From Botryllus schlosseri (taxonomy: Eukaryota), in NCBI GenBank assembly GCA_051294905.1, contig CM119372.1, positions 5,892,001 through 5,952,000 on the forward strand: DNA of 60,000 nucleotides. The letters are read 5' to 3'. The notes under the pieces were generated by a model. The model did not search any database. It worked only from the letters and a program-made list of their open reading frames with translations, and was not told where the DNA came from. This document shows, one piece after another, positions 25,975-37,253 of this stretch. Each line of letters begins with the position of its first letter. The first letter of the stretch is position 1. The translations under genes and the position numbers were made by a program.

Positions 25975-26181
25975 CTGTAAAAGACAGCAGCAATCAAACA
26001 ATTTCGAATGGGGCAATTCATAGTTGCTGTTAGCTCCGCACTTTCCCAAATAGATGCAACATATTGCGTGAAAATGCTTACTATGTAGATTTTACAGGGT
26101 CAGCAAACTGCGATGATGATAGTCTGGCAGATGATAGAAACGAAGAGGGATCATGGAACACAACTGGAACAATGTGTACAG
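25975..26181 (+). pseudogene. Sushi pseudo-exon (module 9)
   Basis: In-frame TAG at 26031-26033, Cys1 and Cys4 lost, upstream intron shortened to 32 bp. Confidence 0.8.
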
Positions 26182-26238
26182 GTACAACGTAAATCCAATA
26201 ATTATAGTCACAGCTTACGTGAATTCTTTTTTCGTCAG

Positions 26239-26445
26239 CTATAAAATGCAGCAGCAATCCAACAATTCCGAACGGGACCCTTGATACTAACTGCAATACC
26301 GGTACTTTCGGGGATACATGCAACATAACGTGTGCACATGGTTACTATATAGATGGGACTGGATCAGCAATTTGCGATGATGATAATCCGGCCGATGATA
26401 CTAATGAAGAGGGATCGTGGAATATATCAGGAACGTCGTGTAAAG
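26239..26445 (+). CDS. Six-Cys sushi/CCP module 10
   Basis: 207 bp phase 1-1 exon, open. Confidence 0.8.
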
Positions 26446-26528
26446 GTGTATTGATAGTTACAGTTACATATAGGCTTATCGCATGTGTTCTTTCAGGAGG
26501 ATTTGAATAACTCTCCTTGGGCCAGGGG

Positions 26529-26722
26529 CAATGTTCCCTCTAAGCTGCGCACGTGCCCAAATGCGCAGTGGTGAAACGGTCTCTGCGCACAGAAAATCTC
26601 CGTTGCGCACAAAAAATCCGAAGTGATGACCTTTTTTTTAGTCGTTATGCACTGTCGTCCAAGAGTCTGCGCAGTAAGTTGGTGAGTGTGCGCAGACTCG
26701 TCAAAAATTAGAGGGAACATTG
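26529..26722. mobile_element. 194-bp MITE inserted into the host's left TIR
   Basis: TIR caatgttccctctaa/ttagagggaacattg; perfect TSD gccagggg. Confidence 0.9.
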
Positions 26723-27035
26723 GCCAGGGGTGTCAAACATATGCCTTACGGGCCGCATCCGGCCTGCGAAACCATTCTGAATAGATTGAGAAAAGTTGAG
26801 TGTTTTAGTAAGAAACACTTCCATTGAGTAATCATGCGTGAGAGCTAGGGTTGTGAATAAAACAAAAATCAATTTAAAACATTTTTTTTATCGTTGTTGT
26901 TTTTCGAAGCCATGACATCGCACATATTCAGTTGTGATGTCATCGTGGATTGATACACACAATTGAAATATAGGGTAAAGTAGCTCCTTTGACGAAATAG
27001 GCTTCCAATCCCTATCACATACGGACCAACTGAAT

Positions 27036-27710
27036 CAGTGGTTCCCAACCGGGGGGGGGGGGGGAGAATTCCCCCATTGAGGGGAATTTTGAAATTTTAG
27101 GGGGGAATCTGGCTTCAGGGTTGTATCGGATGATACACTGGGTTCACAAGGTTTTGGATTTTTATGGTAAAACTGTTAAGTATGAAACTGGTTCGTTACA
27201 ATTGTGTGTTTCTTGGGCGGATTTCAAGCTGGGTGAATGTTTAAATGCCCTCTGTAGATATTACACCCTCTGATAAAGTAACGCTCACGAGACGATTTCG
27301 TTGGGCCCGCGACAGCCTCACGACAGAATTGCTACTAAGCAGGGAAAGGTCAAGCCGAATTCAGAGAAGGCCGCTGGTAAAAATGCTAACCTTTTTAAGC
27401 CAACATATGAGCGAACGTGAAGAACATATCAAATTCATCGATTCAACTCAAGGCCTTATTTTTCGTTATGGGCTACCCGAATGGTAAAAAAACAGATCAC
27501 CTTTAGCGGTACTTTACCAAAGTGAAGTGCGGTCCGCATTCGACATTGTTCGGACATATCTGAATATGTTTGGCCATAAATTGTTTAGTCAACAAATGGT
27601 TGTGCGGTAAAAACACCCTTTTTAGTCACAGGCAACTTATTCATAGGGGGGAATTTTAGCTCAAATATCGGCCTAGGAGTCCACGACACGAAAAAGTTTG
27701 GGAACCACTG
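27036..27710. mobile_element. Nested hAT MITE
   Basis: cagtggttcccaa/ttgggaaccactg; TSD aactgaat/aactaaat. Confidence 0.85.
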
Positions 27711-29255
27711 AACTAAATCGTCTTTCAGCATTTTTACGGTCGGCGGTCGTCATCATTAGAACATTCATTCCGTGCCAGTGATCTACATCATACGTACTAT
27801 AGCTGTTGAATCGACTATTTCGAGGGTTCCAACCTTCCCATATGGTATATGTCGGCTATATCGGGTGATAATCGTCGTCCGTAGGCTCATACAACATGTT
27901 TTGGAAAGTATTTACACAAATATGGCATAATCATACAATTGTTTTTAAGGCCTTTGTTTCAGACACTGTTTAAAACATGTTTTAAACAAAGTGTTTTAAG
28001 CAGCCATTTGTTTTAAATGTAACCCTAATGACAGCAGCAGTTGAGAAAGCAATAACGTGCACACCAAGTTCGCAGTTTTATAGGAAAATGAACCAAAAAG
28101 TAGTTATTCAGATATTCGAAAATGACAATAACAAACCGTTGCATGCAGGCATGGATAATATAATAGTAAGCCAAAATAGATTCGAGTACACTCGATCCCA
28201 CTTCACTTCCGCTGGATTTATTCGAATTCAGCGGATAAATGGCTTTGACCGAAATATGTGGAAAATCAATTTTTCTATACATGGTCAGGCGTAAAGATAG
28301 ATAAGAGCATCGGACATACGGTTATGTTACGTATTTAATGAAAAACAGTTGCACTATTCTGCAGTAGCAATGACCACGTAAAACGCGCAAGAGACAATCG
28401 TCCGAATTAAGCTGAGCGCTTTACGTACAATTTCTACTTTAGTGCCATTCGTGAGCTTTTTATGGCAGAATAAAGCGGTTGTCCGAATTAAACAGAGTTT
28501 CCTGATCAGTAGTCGCACTGATGTATCACTTTTGGCTCAAGAGGCTCCCGCCTCCAGAGACACCTGAATCGCCTTATAACGAACCAAATTAAAACGTCCC
28601 TGTCTACAGTTAAATCTCTAGTGATCCACACATCGGATACGCAGACGGCTAGCACCAGATTACGACAAAACTAACAGAACATGGAAATATACCAACTTGT
28701 ATCGTCGTTAGAGCCGTTGTTTTGGCGATTTATAACTGTAGTCAACCGGCCGATCATCGTATTTGCCAATTCCGTTGTTTGCGAATGAATAGGTACTGCT
28801 AGAATCACATATGATCCGTAACATAATTAAATATAATGATGCATATAGGCTTGACAATAAAGAATCCAAATGATAAGCAAGGGCATGGATTTTGACTTAA
28901 CATTTTGGAATCATCTGATCGGTCTGGCCCGCGAGCGATCTGAACGTTTGAATCTTGCCCTCGACTTAAGTTGAGTTTGGCACCCCTGCCTCAGACGCTA
29001 AATAATGCCCAAATGTTCTCTCCTTTCGCATTTCGAGTTAGCTGCTTATACCGTCTAAAAGACTTTTAAACGACACTTATTTATTTTCAAAAACTTGCTC
29101 CAGCCATGAAACATGCTAAATTGCCCTATCAGTTCTACCGTCTTGATTGATATGACACACATTGTTTGACATTATCTGTAACATCTGGGCCTTTCGTGCT
29201 TTTTTCATGTGAGAAGCTGTCGCAAGTTTGACATTTACATAACTATTATTGGTTG

Positions 29256-31507
29256 CATAGGAGCCAAGTTACGGGTGGCAGGTGGCGCAGCCACCCCATG
29301 ACACATGTATGAGGTGGCGGCCACCCGATACGATAAGATTAAACGCCCGCAGTCTGCGATTTCAAATCATCAGCGCTGTCAATTAGCGAGTCCGTGATAG
29401 CGCGTAACTGCCAACTATTTACCATTAACCGATACGCGCGCGAATAATTGAATACGCAGCTTCGTTGGTGACGACGAACTAGTGCTTAAAACGCCCCAAT
29501 AAATTGTAATCCGTGATTAGTAATCACTAATCAGACAATCGAAGCAACCTCGTCGATTTCGACAAGCTTGCGCTGAGAAACATCATCTTTTCGCGACCAG
29601 ACGAGCGAATTCACGTTCTCCTTCTCTTAATTAAATTGTATTTGCGAATTGAAAGTCATTGCTGCGCAAAGTGCGCATATTCACTACTCTAACAAGGCTT
29701 TGCCAACTTTTATGGGTAAATGCAACAATGCAGCTCAAACGTTGTTATAATGAGCGAACAATTGTCGCGATGTCAGACTTGGAACCCCATTGTGCTGTAC
29801 GCAAGTTGTAGAATTCTTGATTAGATGCGCGCTTTCTCGTTTCCTATCATCTGTAGGCTACTAATTCTTGTCTGCTTTATACACTAGTATTCCTTCGAGG
29901 TCACTAGTCACTGTTTGATTTGTTTGTAATACTGCGCATTGTGCAATGCACGGTGTTGAATTACGTTGTCAAAAATTGATGCAACACGAGATTCCGGTGG
30001 CGCAAATTCTGAATTTATTCGATTAGTTTGAACGGGAGCCTTCGATAATGTTCCAATAAACTTCATTGCTGGATGGACTCTATCGAGCGCAACCATATCG
30101 CGGATCGGATTTCAAACCTTTGGAATATGTATTTCTATTGATAAGGTCGCGGCATGTGACCATATTGCTCTTACTGCAATAACACATGGATATTTAAAAG
30201 CGCATCATTTTACGGTCAAATTCGACTGACTGATCGGGGCCTACGCCGGCACAAAAACAGGTGCGTAGCCAGGGAGTTTCTCATGTATAACTAGAAATCC
30301 CGTCCTTTTGAAATGCCAATTCACTAATTCGTATTATCGATGCTACGTACTGCAAATTAGCGTGAATAATTTGTATGGGAAATGGGTCATCAATATCTCA
30401 TGTGCACTATAGTCGTTGGTTCGATTTAGCGCGTCCGCATGCAGACCTGCTACTGACCGCAGAAACACTTTCGCCAAACACTAACAATCTCGGAGTGTAA
30501 TATTGCTTGTGTTTATGTATCTTTTTGATTAAAACTTATGCCCACGTCTGAACAAATTGTGCTCGTTGCCATTGCCGAATCTGGGTAATTAGGTATGACT
30601 ATAGCACACCCTGTAATTGTAATTATTGCGGGTTTGCGGAATATCTGCAATTTCGTTATCAACTCATTGTCCAGTCCGATAATATTGATCACCACTATGT
30701 ATTCCGCACAGCGTACTGACTAACAATCCTTATTAGATGTACGAATTCGACCTCATCGTTAGAAACGTAGATTTCATCGCGCGCTCTGAGGAACACCATC
30801 TCTTATCGCGATTTGACGACCAAATTTACGTCCACCTTCTACAAATTAAAGTGCATTATTTGCATCAATGAGGGCCGAAAGCCGCGTTTAAAATAATTTT
30901 GTGAACTATTTTTGTGATAAGTATTCTCGGAGCGCAAAGTTGAACAGTGTGTTATTGTGTGTGCCTGCTAGGTAGAATTTATTCTAGTATACCCATAATA
31001 TTAATCCAGTTATGCTTTGCGAACGTAAATCGGGAAATGTAGCGATGCAGTCAAAATCGATGTTTTAATCAGCAACCAATTGCCGCGATGCGAGCTACTC
31101 AATACTAAGTAAAAACCAATTGTGTTGGCGGTAAAGGATAATTACTGATTGGCCTCGCGCGTTTGTAATCATAATTCTTGTCTGTCTTTCGTGTTCCAGA
31201 ATTGTCGCGCTGTGTTACTGCTCAGTCCAGCGACGAATGCAAAGTGCGCGGCAATCAATGACCAAATTTCGCAATCATCTCAGTGGAGATCGCGTCGTGT
31301 TGCATAGTGCGAAGCGATGTGCGTGCAAAGACTAATCTCGCTAATTTACCGTGGCCCCGCGTAACACTTGTTGAATTGCAACTGAATATTAGCGTCCGAA
31401 TGGTTATTTCAAAAGCACGGGGTTTTGCGTTTCAAAAGGAGGCGGTTTCGACACCCCTGGCTACGCGCCGGCCGCCACCCCATGCAAAAATAAAAGTCGG
31501 CGCCTAT
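29256..31507. mobile_element. ~2.25-kb non-coding CATAGGCGCC-TIR element
   Basis: Flanked by (at)tggttg; inverted homolog at 50453-52808. Confidence 0.8.
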
Positions 31508-31866
31508 TGGTTGTATCAGTTTCGATAATCTTGACGGCTGCATATAATTTCAATGATATATTTCATGTGATTATTTCATGAACTCTCGTTGAAAGTGATC
31601 ATTTCTTATCAGCAAATGTTGCATTACTGGTCTGAATCTAAAATATAAATTCGGTTTTTATTTCGTGTGTCTGCTCTTGTAACTTATACTTTGCTTTGCT
31701 TTGTTTTTTGCAACTGTATTTTGTATCTATCAAGGAAAAGTAGAATATCATCGAACTCAAACGTAACAGTTATGATTAATTCAATTGGCTCGCCAACAAA
31801 ATGTCCTCTTACAGGGCGCTAAAAATATGGTAAACTTATATCTTACATGATATGTTTTTATGTTAG

Positions 31867-32073
31867 CGGTAAAATGCAGCACCGAACCAACAATTACGAA
31901 CGGTGCCCTTAATGGTAGCTGTATTGTCGGCTCTTTCGGAGATACATGCGACTTAACGTGTGCATATGGTTACTATGTGGATGGTAAAGAGTCGGCAATT
32001 TGCGACGATGACAGTCGGACAGATGATAGAAATGAAGAAGGATCATGGAATGCATCAGGGACATTGTGCACAG
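31867..32073 (+). CDS. Six-Cys sushi/CCP module 11
   Basis: 207 bp phase 1-1 exon, open. Confidence 0.85.
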
Positions 32074-32136
32074 GTAGCCTACCACTTATATTCTATCATT
32101 GTAATAACAGGAATCATGAAAATATTTTTTCATCAG

Positions 32137-32343
32137 CTGTAGAATGCAACACCAATCCAACAATTTGGAATGGGGCCCTTGATAGCATCTGTAATAGCGG
32201 CACTTTCGGTGATACATGCAATATAACGTGTGTACATGGTTACTATGTAAAGGGTACAGGTTCCGCAATTTGCGAAGATAATAGTCCGACAAATGATACC
32301 AATGAAGAGGGAACATGGAATACATCAGGAACATTGTGCGCAG
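32137..32343 (+). CDS. Six-Cys sushi/CCP module 12
   Basis: 207 bp phase 1-1 exon, open. Confidence 0.85.
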
Positions 32344-32407
32344 GTAGCCTATACCACTTATATGCTATCATTGTAATAACAGCCATCATGAAATATTTTT
32401 TCATCAG

Positions 32408-32614
32408 CTGTAAAATGCGACACCCATCCAACAATTTCGAATGGGGCCCTCGGTAGCATCTGTAATAGCGGCACTTTCGGTGATACATGCGATGTAACGT
32501 GTGCACATGGTTACTATGTAGATGGTACAGGTTCCGCAATTTGCGAAGATGATAGTCCGACAGATGATACCAATGAAGAGGGAACATGGAATACATCAGG
32601 AACATTGTGCACAG
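32408..32614 (+). CDS. Six-Cys sushi/CCP module 13
   Basis: 207 bp phase 1-1 exon, open. Confidence 0.85.
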
Positions 32615-32677
32615 GTAGTCTACCACTTATATTCTATCATTGTAATAACAGTAATCATGAAAATATTTTTTCATCAG

Positions 32678-32884
32678 CTGTAGAATGCAACACCAATCCA
32701 ACAATTTCGAATGGGGCCCTTGATAGCATCTGTAATAGCGGCACTTTCGGTGATACATGCAATATAACGTGTGTACATGGTTACTATGTAAAGGGTACTG
32801 GTTCCGCAATTTGCGAAGATGATAGTCCGACAAATGATACCAATGAAGAGGGAACATGGAATACATCAGGAACATTGTGCGCAG
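32678..32884 (+). CDS. Six-Cys sushi/CCP module 14
   Basis: 207 bp phase 1-1 exon, near-identical to module 12. Confidence 0.85.
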
Positions 32885-32948
32885 GTAGCCTATACCACTT
32901 ATATTCTATCATTGTAATAACAGCCATCATGAAATATTTTTTCATCAG

Positions 32949-33155
32949 CTGTAAAATGCGACACCCATCCAACAATTTCGAATGGGGCCCTCGGTAGCAT
33001 CTGTAATAGCGGCACTTTCGGTGATACATGCGATGTAACGTGTGCACATGGTTACTATGTAGATGGTACAGGTTCCGCAATTTGCGAAGATGAAAGTCCG
33101 ACAGATGATACCAATGAAGATGGAACATGGAATACATCAGGAACATTGTGCACAG
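32949..33155 (+). CDS. Six-Cys sushi/CCP module 15
   Basis: 207 bp phase 1-1 exon, near-identical to module 13. Confidence 0.85.
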
Positions 33156-33217
33156 GTAGTCTACCACTTATATTCTATCATTGTAATAACAGCTATCGTG
33201 ATATATTTTTTCATCAG

Positions 33218-33424
33218 CAATAAAATGCAACACCAATCCAACAGTTTCGAATGGGGCCCTTGACAGCATGTGTAATAGCGGCACTTTCGGTGATACATGC
33301 AATATAACGTGTGTACATGGTTACTATGTAAAGGGTACAGGTTCCGCAATTTGCGAAGATGAAAGTCCGACAAATGATACCAATGAAGAGGGAACATGGA
33401 ATACATCAGGAACATTGTGCGCAG
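33218..33424 (+). CDS. Six-Cys sushi/CCP module 16
   Basis: 207 bp phase 1-1 exon, open. Confidence 0.85.
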
Positions 33425-33488
33425 GTAGCCTATACCACTGATATTCTATCATTGTTAAAAAAGCCATCATGAAATATTTTTTCATCAG

Positions 33489-34537
33489 CTGTAAAATGCG
33501 ACACCCATCCAACAATTTCGAATGGGGCCCTCGATAGCATCTGTAATAGCGGCACTTTCGGTGATACATGCAATGTAACGTGTGCACATGGTTACTATGT
33601 AGATCAGGGGCGGGCAACTTCTCGAGTCGGCGGGCCGCATATAGGAAAATTAAGTACTTGGCGGGCCGGATTGCTGAATCGATACAACATTCGCCCATTT
33701 ATCCAAATTCCACATATACACGGAATAAATCGCATTTAATGAATACATTTTAACGACAGTAATGTCACTTCAAAGCCATTTCTCGCCAATAATGACGAAG
33801 ACAATGTGGATTTGAGAATAGCATTGTCATACGGGCGCCGCCATGTCTGCTTCTATCTGATCAATCAACACACGGTGCCATCCTCAATTAAGATTTCATG
33901 GAGTTCGATAACCCCGGTACCCCTAATTTACCAACACATATATTCGTTTGGATTGAGTAGGTGACGAGATAGCATCGTTGTTCAACTGTGTGGCCTGAGA
34001 AATCTCGATAATGAATTCATGCGGTCCGCGACCTCTACGAAATTTGAAAAGTGGCCCGCGACCCTTTTTGAGTTGGCGACCCCTGGTATAAACAGTGTTT
34101 TCGTCTTACAAAAGCCTAGAAGTGTGCCGTGCTACAAGTCGGCGGTTACAGAATGAAAAATAAGAAATATCAGCCTGGTGTAATTGACCATTGTAGTCGA
34201 CAAACACCATGATTACCACAAACGAAATTAGGGTTGAGTACATCGCAAATGCCGATAATGCAAGTCTTCTCGCTTCGACGAACTTACGCGTAAGCTCCAC
34301 TCTAGCACGCTGCGCATATACGTATATAATAACATGCACATGCAGTCACTAAAATTTGACGTTGTAAGCAAGTAGTGGGAAATCTCGGCAGACTAGGGCC
34401 GCGGGCCACATTATCATGTAAAACGGAAAACTGTCCGCGGGCCGGACAAAATCCCTTCGCGGGCCGGATCCGGCCCGCGGGCCGTATGTTGCCCACCCCT
34501 GATGTAGATGGTACAGGTTCCGCAATTTGCGAAGATG
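33489..34537 (+). pseudogene. Sushi pseudo-exon (module 17) split by a hAT element and 3'-truncated
   Basis: Coding 33489-33604, insertion 33605-34501, resumes DGTGSAICED and stops at ~34537 with no donor. Confidence 0.85.
33605..34501. mobile_element. hAT element inserted in a sushi exon
   Basis: caggggcgggcaac/gttgcccacccctg; perfect TSD atgtagat. Confidence 0.92.
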
Positions 34538-34880
34538 TCATTTTTTGCATTTTAGTTAGTTGCTTATACTTACAACAAAATTTTTTTCAAAAGACGTATT
34601 TATTTCCGGAAAATTGCTCTAGCCATGAACCGTTCTGAATTGCGCCATCATGCTGCTCTAACTTCTGGATTATTATGGCAAACGTAGTTTGATATTTTCC
34701 GTAATATCAGCTTCATTCTACATGCAACAAACTATAGCTAGTTCTCACTCTACAGAACTCGGCCTATTTGTTGGATCAGTTTTTATAATTTTGATGGTTC
34801 AATGATATTTCCTGTGACAAATTTCAGGAACTTGTTAAACTGATCGTTCCTTATCGGCAAAGGTCAAGGGAATCTCAAAT

Positions 34881-35745
34881 TAGGGATGGTGTGAACGTGA
34901 GGTTCACGTTTGCGATCTGTGTGTGAACCTCAGAAATTTAGAGGTTCACGTTCACAAACGAACCTTGATAGGTTCTGCACTGTGAACCTTTTTCACATAT
35001 TACAATTTTCACTTTATTATAGCAACTTTGGTTGAAATTTATTGCGCTTCAACTACGGGCCACTCTGTGCATGGAGCTGGCAGCATGAAAAATCAACACT
35101 AAACGAGCACGCATATTGACAATCTAAAAAATTTTACTTGCATTGTTACAAAATTTTTCTCGAAATATCCAGGCTTCCGTTTATGAATGTTTAGTGACTC
35201 TCTGTTGTGAGCTTGACCCGCAATCACATAACATCAAGAGCGAAATACAATGTTTATTGAATTATTAAAAACCGAATCGGTGCAATTGGGGTGATGGCTA
35301 CTGCTGTATAATTTGTTAATGGGGTAATATCGGTAGCAAGTATAGAGACCCGTTATACACTCTGCTCAATATCAACGTAGAAATACTCAGACGTCGAATG
35401 CATTGACAAGTCTGGTCTAGACCGTCAAGGCGTAACCTTATATTACCTTGCAATTCCTCGTCGAAATTGTTGGCAAAGCGACGGAAGATATTGATTTTAT
35501 GGAATTATTATATCATTTGATTGCCCAGTTGATAGATTTGCCGACGTTTAAAACTTCAATATGTACTTCAGCAGCTAGGTATATCGTGTGCATCAAGGCT
35601 ATCATTTCACTGAAATGTAGGGTTGGAATTAGCAATATGACGCCACGTGACGAGGTTCACGTTCGCGTTCACGTTCACACAGAACCTTTCAAAAAGGTTT
35701 TCGTTTACACTAACTTGAACCTTTCAGGGGTTCACACCATCCCTA
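34881..35745. mobile_element. TAGGGATGGTGTGAAC-family element
   Basis: TIRs with GTTCAC/GTGAAC repeats; TSD tctcaaat/tctcaaag. Confidence 0.85.
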
Positions 35746-35970
35746 TCTCAAAGCATCATGGGCCGAATCGAAAAAATAAATTAGATTTGTTGTTTATGGG
35801 CCTTACCTTGTGCCTTTGATGTTCTCTTTTTAACTTTTACTTCCCTGTAGGACATCACCAGCCTGAAACGCAGCACTTTTACATTCAGTTTACTCGCCAA
35901 CAAAATATGTCCCTATTATGGGTGCTGAGAATATGGTAAGCCTACTTACATGAAATGTCATTTTCGTTAG

Positions 35971-36177
35971 CGGTTAAATGCAGCACCGAACCAACAATTG
36001 CGAACGGGGCCCTTAATGGTAGCTGTATTCTCGGCTCTTTCGGAGATACATGCAACTTAACGTGTGCACACGGATACTATGTGGATGGTACGGGGTCAGC
36101 AACTTGCGATGATGATTGTCCGACAGATGATACGAATGAAGGGGGAGCATGGAATATATCAGGAACATCGTGTACAG
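35971..36177 (+). CDS. Six-Cys sushi/CCP module 18
   Basis: 207 bp phase 1-1 exon, open; extra Cys in the acidic loop (DDDCP). Confidence 0.85.
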
Positions 36178-36235
36178 GTAAAACTTACCTTCTATAATCG
36201 TAGTTACAGCTTTCATGAAATATATTTTTCGTCAG

Positions 36236-36442
36236 CTGTAAAATGCAACACCAATCCAACAATTTCAAATGGGGCCCTTGATAGTAGCTGCATTGTTGGC
36301 TCTTTCAGGGATACATGCAACTTAACATGTGTAGAGGGTTATTATGTAGATGGTACAGGATCAGCAATTTGCGATGATGATAGTCCGACAGATGATGCGA
36401 ATGAAGAGGGATCATGGAACACATCAAGAACGTCGTGTACAG
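36236..36442 (+). CDS. Six-Cys sushi/CCP module 19
   Basis: 207 bp phase 1-1 exon, open. Confidence 0.85.
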
Positions 36443-36506
36443 GTGTTACTTTTGTGCAATAATTATAATTGCAGATTAGGCCTACATAAAAGAATTTTTT
36501 CATCAG

Positions 36507-36713
36507 CTGTGAAATGCAGAACTGCACCAACAATTTCGAACGGGGACCTTGATAGTAGCTGTATTGTCAGCTCTTTTGGGGATACATGTAACTTAACGTG
36601 TGCAGAAGGTTACTATGTGGATGGTGCAGGATCAGCAATTTGCGACGATGATAGTCCGGCAGATGATACTAACGAAGAGGGATCATGGAATACAACTGGA
36701 ACTTCATGTACAG
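36507..36713 (+). CDS. Six-Cys sushi/CCP module 20
   Basis: 207 bp phase 1-1 exon, open. Confidence 0.85.
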
Positions 36714-36770
36714 GTACAACGTCAATCCGATAGTTATAGATACAGCTTACATGAATTCTCTTTTTGTCAG

Positions 36771-36977
36771 CTGTAAAATGCAATACCTATCCAACGATTC
36801 CGAATGGGGCCCTTGATAGTAGCTGCATTGTCGGCTCTTTCAGCGATACATGCAACTTAACGTGTATAGAAGGTTATTATGTAGATGGTGAAGGATCAGC
36901 AATTTGCGATGATGATAGTCCGGCAGATGATAGTAATAAAGTGGGATCATGGAATATTAGAGGAACTACCTGCATCG
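36771..36977 (+). CDS. Six-Cys sushi/CCP module 21
   Basis: 207 bp phase 1-1 exon, open. Confidence 0.85.
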
Positions 36978-37046
36978 GTATTAAAACACTGTCAATCTGA
37001 TTTTTATATTTTAGTCGCAGGTTACTTATAATCTTTTATTCGTCAG

Positions 37047-37253
37047 CTGTAAAATGCGACATCGAACCAACGATTCCGAACGGGGCCCTTGACACTATCT
37101 GTAAGGTTGGCTCTTCTGGGGATGCATGCAACATCACGTGTGCTGATGGATACTATATAGATGGCACAGGAACAGCAATTTGCGGTGATGATAGTCCGAC
37201 AGACGATACTAATGAAGAGGGGTCATGGGATACAACTGGAACAACTTGCACAG
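37047..37253 (+). CDS. Six-Cys sushi/CCP module 22 (last visible)
   Basis: 207 bp exon AVKCDIEPTIPNG...GSWDTTGTTCT; not in the supplied ORF track. Confidence 0.85.

Larger units (their letters stand above)
26523..28988. mobile_element. Duplicate of the hAT element at 19702-24836, copied with its flanks
   Basis: Same termini, flanks and internal sequence; right TSD cctcagac. Confidence 0.85.

Noticed and set aside
32137..33604. CRISPR-like regular repeat/spacer appearance
   Set aside because: Units are 207-bp coding exons with GT-AG introns; eukaryotic context and no cas genes
32086..33698. Repeated minus-strand ORFs (MFLMYSMFPLHWYH...)
   Set aside because: Antisense shadows of the sushi exons
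12517..37253. Naming the gene a selectin, SVEP1 or CSMD ortholog
   Set aside because: No C-type lectin, EGF, VWA, CUB or transmembrane exon was seen, so no symbol is justified
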